DNA from: Octopus sinensis
Lineage: Eukaryota
Assembly: GCF_006345805.1 (NCBI RefSeq)
Contig: NC_042998.1
Span: 146,816,001 to 146,880,000 of the forward strand
DNA length: 64,000 nt
Direction of reading: 5' to 3'
Of this stretch, positions 12,752 through 24,846 are shown piece after piece. The translations under genes and the position numbers were made by a program. The first letter of the stretch is position 1; each line of letters begins with the position of its first letter. The notes beneath the pieces were generated by a model, which saw nothing but the letters and a program-made list of their open reading frames with translations, was not told the DNA's origin and ran no database searches.

Positions 12752-12839
12752 TTTCCTTGATGAGAAGATTGCATTGTTTTACACCATTTTATTCCTTCTG
12801 GAATTATATCAGTGTTTTCTTTGAAACATATGTTGGAAG
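12752..12839 (+). ncRNA. Hammerhead ribozyme, inverted partner copy with C3U and C17U
   Basis: UUUCC-UUGAUGA-GAAGA...UCUUU-GAAA-CAUAUG-UU|GGAAG; reverse-complement twin of 12589-12676. Confidence 0.55.
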
Positions 12840-13250
12840 TAAAAAAATTTGAAGAGCACTTGCGTTTAACTCCACTTATTTATTTATGTATGTATATATT
12901 TTATTCTTTCACTTATTTCAGTCATTTGACTGCAGCCATGCTGGAGTACTGTCTTTAGTTGAGCAAATCAACCCCAGGACTCATTCTTTGTAAGCCTAAT
13001 ATTTATTCTGTTGGTCTCTTTTTCTGAACTGCTAAGTTATGGGTATGTAAGCACACCAGCATCGGTTGCCAGGCAATGTTTGGGGGACAAACACAGACAC
13101 ACAAACATATACACATGCATACATACAATACATACATACATACATACGTACGTACATATATGTATATATATGAATATATATATATGTATATATATATATA
13201 TTTATATATGTATATATATTTATATGTATATATGTATGTATGTATATATA

Positions 13251-13294
<44 letters not shown>

Positions 13295-14140
13295 ATATGT
13301 GTATGTCTTTGTGTCTGTGTTTGTTTTTCCATCACTGCTTGACAACCAGTGCTTGTGTGTTTATATCCCTGTAACTTAGTGATTCAGCAAAAGAAAGTGA
13401 AAGAATAAGTAGCAGGCTTTTAAAAAATAAGTACCAAGGTTGATACATTCAACTAACAATTCTTCAAGGCAATGCCCCAGCATGACCACTGTCTAATGAC
13501 TGAAACAAGTAAAAGATAAAAGATAATTGCAATCTAAATCCTCAGAACATATGAGGAAAGAAAGTTGAGATGCATGAAATATTTACCCCAATTTTGTTTT
13601 CACATTAAACTCAGACATAATCTTAAACTACACCATCTGAAATGTATTTGTGGAAAATTTCATCAAAAAATATCCATTTTGCAGAAAGTTGAGGAGACGG
13701 AGTTACAGAAGTGGAGCTAAATGAGCTGTAAGATAATTATGTCATAGTGAATAAAAATTATCTTGATTACATTAAGATAATGATTAGATTATGAAGTTAA
13801 AATCTTTAATAATAAAGAAATCTTATAAACCATATTTTGATCAAAATATATTAAAATGGGAATTTATAACAATTTTCTAGACAGTGTAGATTTTAATAAT
13901 TGCTTTCTTGTAGTAAAGGTTACATACTCTAAATAATTAATAAGCATCTTTTTTTCATTATAGTACAAACGACTTTTTATTCTTGTGGTGATTGCATTTT
14001 TGATGCAATGTATTCTGTTTTCTTCAGCTTTTTAATGTCCACTTTTCTGTGCTAACATGAGTTGAATAATTCTAAAAGAGATGTGCAGTGTGTTAAGACT
14101 GGGTTAGGAAATGATGATGAGCTTATATATCTATGTATTC

Positions 14141-14188
<48 letters not shown>

Positions 14189-14191
<3 letters not shown>

Positions 14192-14398
14192 GGTTGGCCA
14201 AAAGTCACCTGAAAGTAAATCAAAACCATTTAATTCCAAGATTTATTTATGTTTAACAACTGAATGAATTTAATAAAAGCATCTAAATATAAAATTTCAT
14301 GAGAATTATTCAAACTGAAGTCCTTCTTGAGCCAGTACAGAATTACAGATAGTATTTATGGAATTTTGGACTCCTGTCGGGTGACTTTTGACCAACCC

Positions 14399-14400
<2 letters not shown>
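14189..14400. mobile_element. Tc1/mariner-type MITE inserted in (TA)n
   Basis: 21-bp TIR CAGGGTTGGCCAAAAGTCACC / GGTGACTTTTGACCAACCCTA, flanked by TA runs. Confidence 0.85.
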
Positions 14401-14439
<39 letters not shown>

Positions 14440-14702
14440 ATGGTATTGTTAAAATACCGTTATGAGTGGCAAGTGAATTATCAACCGTACAGGCAAATTA
14501 ATAAAATATATATATACAATATTAGATATGTACATGTATACACAAGGGCATTGTATGAGCACCTACATCGCTAAAAAATAGAAGTCAAAAATACTTCTGT
14601 ACGACTGAATTGTCACAAATCTATTACAGACATGATAGGAAAAAAATTCAGTGAACAATGATGTCTTACCTCTGCTAGGTTAGAACAAGTAATGCTGCTC
14701 AA

Positions 14703-14749
14703 CCTGGTACCGGTTTTAAAATTTAGCGCCTGATTTCTCATCAGGCAAA
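14703..14749 (-). ncRNA. Degenerate minimal hammerhead relic
   Basis: UUUGC-CUGAUGA-GAAAU[caggcgcuaa]AUUUU-AAAA-CCGG-UA-CCAGG; G12A, and the first stem I pair is broken. Confidence 0.4.
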
Positions 14750-15098
14750 GTCTGCCAGATAATTACTACTAAAATTTTCTTCCACCATGCCTGCAAAAGT
14801 TCGTATGAAGTGACCAATCACTATAGGAACAAACGAAATGTGTGAAATAATTTATAAATAAATATAGGGGTGGTATTTTAAAATACTATCACGAGTGGCA
14901 AATTAATTAAATATATACATACAACATTAGATACAAAATTATGAGGAATGACCACTAAAGTGGACACCTAATATGATAAACATAGACGTCAAATTGTCAT
15001 TACCTTGAAGAATGTGTTCTTAAGAAAAATCTCAGCAAAACGTCAAAATGTAAAACTGAGCAAGACAAATGAAAATATACGAAATAAAAAACAATTAC

Positions 15099-15172
15099 CT
15101 ATGTACCAATGGTTTCACTTGTTAATATCTACATATGCAAACATGCAGATATCTGCAAGATTGTCAGTGTAG
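15099..15172 (-). ncRNA. Hammerhead ribozyme, degenerate inverted partner (G8A)
   Basis: CUACA-CUGACAA-UCUUG...CAAGU-GAAA-CCAUUGG-UA-CAUAG; core and stem I differences from the 15658 copy are CpG-type transitions. Confidence 0.5.
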
Positions 15173-15657
15173 TCTGTCACTTACAAAACACAATTTTCAG
15201 AACTAGATACAGAACATTCAATCGAAATCGAGTATGTATAAAGTTCTACAAATTATATTTGGGTGTATTTTTCAAATGTCTTCACTTTGGCATGTGGAGG
15301 CTGGATTTGACGTCTATGTTTAGCATATTAGGTGTCCACTTTAGTGGTCATTCCTTTTAATTTTGTATGTAACACAACTTTTAATCTTTGGATTTTTTAA
15401 ATATGCTAAGCCACTGGTTTTAATTGATTAATATCAATTTCTACCCTTCTTATTTAATTTAAAATAAAAAAATGTTCTCTAACCGGTGAATTGGCTGCTG
15501 AAATTTATCAAATGCAGAGTAATTTCCGGCCTCAGTGCACCAAAGTGAAGACATTTGAAAAATACACCCAAATATAATTTGTAGAACCTTATACATGCTC
15601 AATTTCGGTTGAGCGTTCTGTATCTAGTTTTGGAAATTGTATTTTGTAAGTGACAGA

Positions 15658-15731
15658 CTATGCTGACGATCTTGCAGATATATGCATGTTTGCATATGTA
15701 AATATTAACAAGTGAAACCATTGGTACGTAG
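15658..15731 (+). ncRNA. Type I hammerhead ribozyme motif, complete core, sense to EXT2 intron
   Basis: CUAUG-CUGACGA-U CUUG[inner hairpin AUAUGC/GCAUAU]CAAG U-GAAA-CCAUUGG-UA|CGUAG. Stem I CUAUG/CGUAG, stem III ACCAUUGGU, GUA site; non-canonical U.U at 10.1/11.1. Confidence 0.65.
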
Positions 15732-16059
15732 GTAATTGTTTTTTATTTCACATATTTTCATTTGTCTTGCTCATTTTGCATTTTGGCGTTTTGCTGAGAC
15801 TTTTCTTGAGAACACATTCTTTGTGGCAATGGCAATTTGACATCTATGTTTAGCATATTAAGTGTCCACTTTAGTGGTCATTCCTCTTAATTTTGTATGT
15901 AACACAATTTTTAATCTTTGGATTTTTAAAAATATGCTAAGCCACTGATTTTAATTGATTTATATCAATTTCTACTCTTATTATTTAATTTACAATATTA
16001 GATATGTACATATATACACAAGGGCACTACCTGGTGTGGCATTCAATCAAATAATAATA

Positions 16060-16640
16060 TAAATAACATATATATGCACAAATGCATATATGGGTACAAG
16101 ACATCACCAACAGTAAATAACATGAAATACGAAAACAAATGAGTTCAATATGCAAACAACATGAGAAACAAAAAGAAAACAGGACAAGTAACACAAAGAA
16201 CGACCCTTCATCAGTTGTTGGCTGTTTATCTACTCCTCAGCGCTCGAAATGGGGAGTAGATAGACAGCCAACAACGAATTAAGAGGCGTTCTTTGTGTTA
16301 CTTGTCCTGTTACCCATTTGCTTCTCATTGTTTGCGTATTGAACTAATTTGTTTTCATATTTCATGTTGTTTACTGTTGGCAACATCCTGTTCCCATACA
16401 TGCATATGTGATGTTGGTTTTATATATATATATATATCTGCCTTCGAAACATGGAGTAAATGAAACAGAGACAACTGAAGAAGGGGAATATTCTTTATGT
16501 TGCATGTCTTGTTTCTCTGGTTGTTTTTTACATTGTTCCAAAAAATAGTTCGTTTCTATGTTCTTGTTTTTATGTTTTTGTTTCTCATTGTGTTCTACAT
16601 TTTTTTGATGTCCTGTACCCATAGATGCATGTATATATAC
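16060..16640. repeat. Fold-back (arms 16107-16236 and 16253-16380) plus a related outward partial copy
   Basis: CCAACAGTAAA...CTACTCC / GGAGTAG...TTTACTGTTGG; related copy 16440-16640 with CTGAAGAAGGGG. Confidence 0.85.
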
Positions 16641-16712
16641 ATATATATGTAGGTATGTACATATATGTATGTATATATGCATATATTTATATATTAAATA
16701 TATTATTATATA

Positions 16713-16766
<54 letters not shown>

Positions 16767-18879
16767 CAACATCGTCATTTTAATGCTTGCACTTTCTCAT
16801 GCTTGCATAGGTTGGTTGAAAGTTGCCGAGGCAGATTTTTTACAGCCAGATGCTCTTCTTGTTTCCAAGTTAGGTAATATTTCCCCATGGTCAGACATGT
16901 CTTGGAAGCTCGGAGATGAAGGCACACACACACACATACACACATGATAGGCTTCCTTCAGTTTCCATCTACCAAATCCACTCACAAGGTTTTGGTTGGT
17001 TCAATGCACTTGCCAAGGTCCCTATGCAATGGGACTGAACCTGAAACCATGTGGTTGAGGAGCAAACTTCTTATCACACAATCACATCTGTCTCTATGAG
17101 CCATACCTATGCAGACACACACACACCCACCATCATCTTCATCATCATCATCATTATTATGTTCTAATTATTTTACATGCTAAGAAATAAAAGCTTTGTG
17201 AACTAATGCTACTTATGGCAGGGCAACCAAAGGGCAATTCTGATTTTAGATTCTATCAAATATTAATATTTTATGACAATTTTTGTTGTTTGGTTACTAT
17301 TATTTGTGAAATTTTTATTTACTTCTCAGATTGCTTTTTGAATTTCATGTTCATACACCTACATATATACACAAATGCATAATACACACAAATTATTTCT
17401 GAGTCTTATAACCCCCACACCCACTTCCTATTTCACACACATGTTTACTCTGTATGCTGTTTATCCATTTATACAAATATCTATATACAAATTTGTAAAT
17501 GTTTGTCTCTTGTTCGGATTTTTTGTCTGATGATACACACACGCATACATACACAAAGTGAATCTCTTTCCACACACCTTCATCTATTCAGACAATTCCA
17601 GTGGATAATATTTCACGTGCCTATACAGATTGTATTCAACCAAATATTTACGATGACTGCATGCCCCCCCCACACACACACATGTATCCACAAACATATA
17701 TAAATATATACACAGGCAACTCCCTGTACACACCCCACCAAAACTTAACATTACCATTGCATTCTGATACAAACAATACTACAAATTCACCTACACAGTT
17801 TCTTCCTAGTTAGACAATCACATTGATCATCTGATTTATTACACAATCCCCACCTCCATTTCAAAAGCATGCATGTATATCAAACAGACACAGCCATAAT
17901 GTGTCTCACTATCTAATACCTACTCACCCATTAATAAACTGACATGTATAATTTCTGAAATAGGTGTAGGCATGGCTGTATAGTTAAGAAGCTCACTTTG
18001 CAGCCACAGGATTTTGGGTTCAGTCCTATTATGTGGCACATTAAGTCAAGTGTATTACGTTGTGACTTCAGGCTGACTAAAACTTTGTGAATGAATTTGG
18101 AAGATGGAATGAAAGAAACTAGTCATGTATGTGGGTTTGTGGCTCCTTGTCTCGACACAACATACTAATTGTAAATGAACATCACTGTCATACAAGCAGT
18201 GTTGTTTGTTTGCAATGTTCCACTCAAACATGTCCAGCTATTGTGTTGTTTGTGTTGAAAGGACTAGGGGAAGAATTACTTTGCTTGTAAACAGGTGAAA
18301 GTTGGCTATAGGGAGGGCATCTGACCACAGAAAATCTGCCTCATGGAATTTCTTCTGACCTGTGCCAGCTTCAAAAAGTGGATGTTAAGCCAATGGTGTC
18401 AATGTTGATGATATAAGTACACTAATGCTCTGCTCTCTTGCTTTTGTAGACATAGCATATACCGACATCAACACCATTTGAAACAGAGTGTCTGTTTAGG
18501 ATATTAAAAAAATAATTTTCTGTGATTCATTTATTTCTTAACTGTGTATTATCAAGAGTTTTATGCACAAAACCCTAATACACTGAAAGCATGTTTATGG
18601 TAAAAGTGACTGGAGACCAGAATATGTGTTGGCATGGCACACATTCTGTGAACTCTGCTTGGTCTGCTGTATGACATCATAAGCAAATGTCTTTTACACA
18701 CACACATGATAATGATGACATAATATGGTGGTAATTTCACCCAAACTTCAAAAGAACTGCTTAGACTTGAGTTCCACTACATGCTCACTTTTTTTGTTGT
18801 CATTATATTAATCCTGTTTACACACAAAACCCTCACAACACACACACACGTACTTTTTGTTTTGTCTTGTACTATCCAT

Positions 18880-19328
18880 AATGGCTGGCAGAATCATTAG
18901 TACACTGGGTGAAGTGCTTAGCAGTATTTCGCCTGTTGCTACGTTCTAAGTTCAAATTCCCTGAAGTTGACTTTGCCTTTCATCTTTTCAGGGTCGATAA
19001 ATTAAGTATCAGTGAAACACTGGGGTTGATGTAATCGAATTATCCCCTCCCCCAAAATGGCTGCACTTGTGGAAAAATTTGAAACCATTATTATTATTAT
19101 TATTATTAATAATAATAATATGGTGAGCTGGCAGAAATGTTACCATACCAGAAAAAACATGCTTAGCAGCATTTCGTCTTACTTTACACTCTGAGTTCAA
19201 ATTCCGGCGAGGTCAACTTTGCTTTTCATCCTTTTGGGAGCAATAAAATAAATACCAGTTGAACACTGGGGTCAATGTAATTGACTTAGCCCCACCCCCA
19301 ACCTGCTGGCCTTGTCCCAAAATTTGAA

Positions 19329-19379
<51 letters not shown>

Positions 19380-19600
19380 TTTGCAAATCAGACAAAATGC
19401 TTTGTGGCATTTCTTTTGGTTCTTTACATTCTGTTTACAAATACTGCTGAGGTTAACTTTGCCTTTCATCCTTTCGGGGTCACTAAAATAAAAACCAGCG
19501 AAGTCCTGGGGTTGATGTAATCAACTTACTTGCTCATCTAAACTTGCTGGCCTTGTACCAACATTTGAAACCATTATTTTTATTATTATTATTATTATTG
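18880..19600 (+). mobile_element. Three head-to-tail SINE-A copies separated by (TAT)n tails
   Basis: Repeated TTCAAATTCC/CTTTGCCTTTCATC/GAAACCATTATTATT units at about 18880, 19120 and 19390. Confidence 0.85.
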
Positions 19601-19849
19601 CTGCTGCTGCTGCTGCCATACTGTAAAAGTCATGAAAATTTGTTGCTCCATAAGTTGAAAAAGTGTTTGTAATCTTTTCGGCCTTCTAAGGCCCTGTGTT
19701 TTCATTTTTATTGTTATCATTACATTTCTGAGATTATCTGGATTGTGCAGATAGTATTTTTGTGTAGAAACATCCCCTGTTTTACAAAAATTTTTGAATT
19801 TTAACTGCTTTCAGTTAAAACAAATATTTTGCAATTTTCTATAATTATT

Positions 19850-22800
19850 TAAAGATGGCTGATAAAGAAACCATCATAATGTTCAACAAAGGAACACACA
19901 CCTTGCCAAAAAAAATTGAGAATGAGGAAAGAATTGGGAATATGAATATTGAATGGCCTAAATTTAATGATGTCACCGAGGCAAAAAAATTTTCGCCTCT
20001 AAGCAACATCAAAACTTGTAGTGTCGACAATGAAAACAACAACAGCAGCAGTGACATCAACAAAAACAACAACAGTAATAACAACAATACAAAAGAAATG
20101 AAACATAAAAACACAAATACTGCCTCTGAGTCTTTTGTATCTGTCGGGGGAAATATGGAAAGTTTCCACATAGATAAAGAAGAATTAAAATTGTAAAGGG
20201 AGATGGGAGAAGGATAGCGCTAAACCCTCCATCCGACGTGATAGAAAATGTCATAAGCTGCATGGTAACATACCGTTGTATCGGAGTCAAGTCTCAGCAG
20301 ATGTAAAATGCGAAGTACAAAAATATCTTGGGCATGTGTAGAAACAAAGGACCCACATCACCTGAGGGAAGAAGTTTGGAACTATTGAGGTGAGTTTTGG
20401 GACGGAAGAAGAAGCTAGATTTAATTCTGCAACCACTTTGAGGAATGACAACTTTTCCTTAATTCCCAGCTATTGCAGCCAACACCTTGCTAAGATTAGG
20501 GTGCTGATGTACCACCAGAAATATCCATTACCTGGTTAGTGGTGGCCATCTTAGCAGGTTTAGACGAAGATGAAGTCATAATATTGGAGGTCAAGAAACT
20601 ACCTGAGCAAAACTGGTTAGGTATAGGTATGGAACTGATCTTGCAATGCATGCAAGGCCATATGGACCAGCTGCCTGATCTAATCAATCTCCCAGATGGT
20701 ACTCACCTGTCAGTGTTCATGAAAGGTAGAAAGCTAAGATGCTACATATGTGGATGTGTAAATTACTTAAAGGCTTTCTGCCCTGAAACAAGGAAAAATA
20801 AAGTCCCACTGCTGCCAACATTACAAACAACCACAATTGCAAAATCATAAGCAAGTGCTCAAGACTCCTATGCTCAAATATGTTATCATGCCAGATTTGT
20901 TTGGCAGCCTCTTGGCAGATATCTACAGTAATTGGCAGCAGAACGGGAGAATTCCTAGTACTGTTAGCCAGGGTGTGGTATTACTACTGACAAAAGACTC
21001 TGATAATGGGGATCTGCTAGTGAATTTTTGGCCCATAACTCTGCTAAACATAGTTTAAGATTTTGGCCAAGGTGTTAGTGTAAAGGTTGGTGCTTGTCAT
21101 TGGTAGTCTTGTGTGTGTGTGTGGGGGGGGGGCACAAACATGCGCAATCCTGAGCAGGTCTATTCTCAACAACCTCCACCTTATGCAATACATTGCTTTG
21201 GTGGGGCCCTGATCAATTTATTTAGAACAGTCAAAAGCTTTTGATAGTGTAGACCATCGCTACTTGGAAGCCGTCATTAAAGCAGCTGGTTTCGGACCTG
21301 TTTTCAGAGGCTGGATTGCTGCAATGCACAGCGGCACTTGCTCAGTAGTCTAAGTAAATGACCACTTATCGGAACCATTTAGTATCGCATGTTCGGTCCA
21401 TCAGAGCTGTCCGCTGTTACTTCTTCTGTCTGTGCTGGCTCTTGAGCTACTGCTGTGGAAATTGGAGCAATTAAGAGGCCTCCCTTTCGAAATTGGAAGG
21501 ACAGTGTCTGCATACATGGACGTCACTGTCATGGTGTCGGACGCCTCAGAAGTGGAGTAGGTCAGCTCCATTCTAAAGGAATATGAGTTGGTTGTAGGGG
21601 CTAACATAAATGCCGACAAGTCAGTGGGATTGCGATGGGCACCTGGAGAGGCAGATCAGTGCTGTCAGATGGCATCATTGGTTGCTGGACTGACAGACCA
21701 GTTAAACTGCTCGGGGTTGGTCCTGACCGCCAGGTGGATAAGAATTGGGAAGTGGTGATGAACAGGGTGACCTCTCTTACCTAGAAATGGGCAGAGAAGA
21801 AGTTGTCCGTGAAAGGTCAGGCAGAGGTGGCAAATGCCTACATTGCTTCTGTCATTATTTATTGTCTGACCATCGTGTCTTGCCCCAGTTACTGCTTGAT
21901 TAGATTGGAGTATATCCTGTTTGTTTTCTTGTGGAAGGGACACGTTCCAAGGGTCAGGTGGTTAGTCTGCTGCCAACTTCCTTTGTGTGGCGGCTAAGGC
22001 ATACCATGCCTTTTAATACACAGACATGCACTCATGTCGCGCCACCTGCAGCAATTTCTAGAAGGTGAACGTGTGTGGGCTTTGTTTGTGAGACATGCCT
22101 TTCTGCAGCTTGTCTCCTTGTTGGAGCTGCAGTCCTGAGTAAAGGATAGGCCAAGATTGGGCTCCTGGCACTTAGAATGTCATCAGGCACTCCTGGCCTC
22201 TACAAGTTGAACAAATAGGATCAGTGAATGTTCCACTTTAGATATTTATAGAAGATTAGTAGTGGGGAAGTGTGATGACATCCTTGGAGAGACTCTAGGC
22301 ATTGACACAGATGAACTGGCAAGTCTATTCCGGAAGACTTTCTGGTCTGGGACTATTATGGATAATTTCCAGATGTCTTTGGCCTGCCAGTGCTACCAGG
22401 GGGCACTACCGGTTCGAGATAAACTCTATAGGCACAGATGTACTGTCAGACAGGCTTGTCTAAAGTGCTTGCAGAGCAATGAAACCTTTCTGCATACGCT
22501 TGTTAAGTGTCTGGGCATTGTTGACTTGTAGGGTTATGTTGAACAGCTACTATCACATGTAGGACAGATCCATGTGTCAGCCAAGTCCATAATGATGATT
22601 GCCATACTGCCCTTCTTTAATCAGGCTGGCAAGGCAGTTTTCCTTTGTCTGGTGGCTGTGGCAAAAGAGGTTATCTGGTGGACAAGGCTGAAAGGAATGA
22701 GGACAGAAACATTCCTCTTTGGTAAAGTCCTCATCGACTTTTTCGAGTTTCACCTGAAAAGGTAAGTGCGGGTTGAGAGGGAGTTGCTGTTCTCAAGTGA

Positions 22801-23165
22801 ATTTATAAAAAGTTGGGTGAAGTTGTGAAAATGGCAAGAGTGGATGATTCCACTCTCAGTGTAGACCTGTGGGTTGAAAGAAAAAAGTTGGGGAGGGCTC
22901 TCATTCTTGGTATTCAGGGTGTTCTTGGATGGTGGAATTCCTTGATTATCCCTAGAGGTCCTCCTGCATCAGGGGGACCCCATCACTATCATTATTTTTC
23001 TTTTCCCTCTTTTTCTAGTGTCATACACCATGTATACTTCCCTTCATCTAATGTATACTGTGTATACTTTTTATTTGATCATTCCATTATATGTACCCCC
23101 CACCCACTTTGTCTATCTTTGTATTGTCCTTATCCTTTGCCCTGGTGGCAAATACAAAAAAAATC
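19850..23165 (+). mobile_element. Degenerate Tx1/L1-like non-LTR retrotransposon lacking the APE endonuclease
   Basis: ORF1 remnant with knuckle CYICGCVNYLKAFC (20740-20781); RT remnants ...FWPITLLN, KAFDSVDHRYL, VHQSCPLLLLLSVLALE, SAYMDVTV; A-rich end about 23160; many stops and frameshifts. Confidence 0.85.
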
Positions 23166-23868
23166 ATTATTATTATTGTTATTAAGGCGTCGAGCTGGCA
23201 GAATTGTTAGCATGTTAGCAAAATGCTTAGCAGCATTTCATCCATCTTTACATTCTGAGTTCAAATTCCACCGAGGTTGACTTTGCTTTTCATCCTTTCG
23301 GGGTCAGTAAATTAAGTACCAGTCAAGTACTAGGGTCAATGTGATTGACTTTCTCCATTTCCAAAAATTTCAGGCCTCGTACCTTTAGTAGAAAGAATTA
23401 TTATTATTAGGTTGAGTTTGCCTTTCATCCTTTTGGGGTTGATAAAATAAGTACCTGTTGAGCATTGGGATCAATGTAATTGACTTAACCCCTCCCCAAA
23501 ATTGCTGACCTTGTGCCAGAATTTGAAATCATCATCATCATCGGTATTACTATTATTATCATCCTCTTTTATTTACTCTTTATCTGTGTAAGTGCTTTGT
23601 TTAAATGTAAACATGTGACCTTTAATGGTTTGTAGGAAATTACTCTTTATGCATGCATGTGTGTGTGTGTGTGTGTACATAGCCTGATGAAGGCAAGCAA
23701 GCTGAAGTTTCACTGTCAACCTTCTCCCTGTGAAAGTTTAATAAACTTGTACGCTACTAAAAAGCATTGGGTGATCCTTCAGTTTAATGTTAAACTATTT
23801 TTTATATATAACTTGACATAAAAACAAACAATAAAATATCTGTGTATGTGCATAAAGAAACACGCACA

Positions 23869-23914
<46 letters not shown>

Positions 23915-24159
23915 CACACACACGCACACACACACACGCACAACACAAACATGTGGGAAGTTCAGTTGTGTTTTGTTTATGTTCAACTAAACAATAGACT
24001 GTTCTTTTTACTCAAATAGGAAGAAGAATTGCTAATTATAGATACTGTTCCGTGTTATCATTAACTTGTTTTATATTTCTAATTCATGATGAATTAACAT
24101 AATTGTAATTGTCTCATGTTTATCTTCAATGTTTTTGTAAATATTGGGTTTGAAATTGT

Positions 24160-24846
24160 TTAACCCTTTTGTTACAATATTTCTGTTGAAATGTACTGCT
24201 TTGTTGTAGTTAATTTTGAAAATAATGAAGAATTTAGTAAAATAACTTTGTTATTATTAACCTTTGTCATTATTAAATGTGGTGAGCTGATGGAATTGTT
24301 AGCACATCAGATAAAATGTTTAGTGTCATTTCTTCTGGCTTGTTACGTTCTGAGTTCAAATTTGGTCATGGTTGACTTTGCCTTTCATTATTTTGGGATA
24401 AGTGAAATAGGTGCTAGTGTAACACTGGGGTCAATGTAATCAATTAGTGCCATCCTGCAAAATTTCAGGTGTTGTGCCTGTAATAGGAAGGATTATTAAC
24501 CTGGTGTTTTGGTGGTGAGCTAGCAGACTCATTAGCACACTGAATAAAATGCGTAGCAGCATCTCTTCTGGTTTTATGTTCTGAGTTTAAATGCTGTTAA
24601 AGTCAACTTCTCATCTTTTCAGGGTTGAAAAATTAAGTACTCACTGAGCACTGAGGTCAATGTAATTAATATGACCTTCCCCTCAAAATTGGTCCAAAAT
24701 TAGAAAAAATTATTAACCTTGTTTGTGTTTGACACAAATTAGCATAAAATTTTGGTGAGAAGTATTAATTTACATCACTTTAAAACAGGACATCGGTATT
24801 AGAGAAACAGGGGTGCTCTCAGGTGGGCTGGTATCGAATGGGTTAA
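24160..24846 (+). mobile_element. piggyBac-type MITE family 2 with two nested SINE-A insertions (related minus copy about 2560-2820)
   Basis: TTAACCC...GGGTTAA ends; body GTTAATTTTGAAAATAATGAAGAATTTAGTAAAATA shared. Confidence 0.65.

Larger units (their letters stand above)
12551..12877. repeat. Fold-back inverted repeat, 155-bp arms, 17-nt spacer
   Basis: 12551-12705 is the reverse complement of 12723-12877, about 11 mismatches by manual alignment. Confidence 0.95.
11602..13960 (+). mobile_element. Old non-autonomous element (tentatively Helitron-like), split by nested insertions; compact copy 39834-40345
   Basis: Both start ACTAGCA(G/A)GAAA...; 13710-13960 aligns with 40110-40345; no TIR seen. 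Confidence 0.4.
14931..15991. repeat. Fold-back with about 360-bp arms plus internal 155-bp direct repeat (Penelope pLTR-like rearrangement)
   Basis: 14931-15290 inverted at 15540-15898; 15305-15461 repeated directly at 15836-15991. Confidence 0.9.

Noticed and set aside
14995-15050. Possible second HHR (TTGAAGA...AAAACGTC) in the fold-back arm
   Set aside because: The core is not retained in the twin arm and stems cannot be formed.
23681-23760. CTGATGAAGGC...GCTGAAG followed by AATAAA
   Set aside because: Resembles a pLTR relic, but GAAA, stem III and stem I are missing; too decayed to call.
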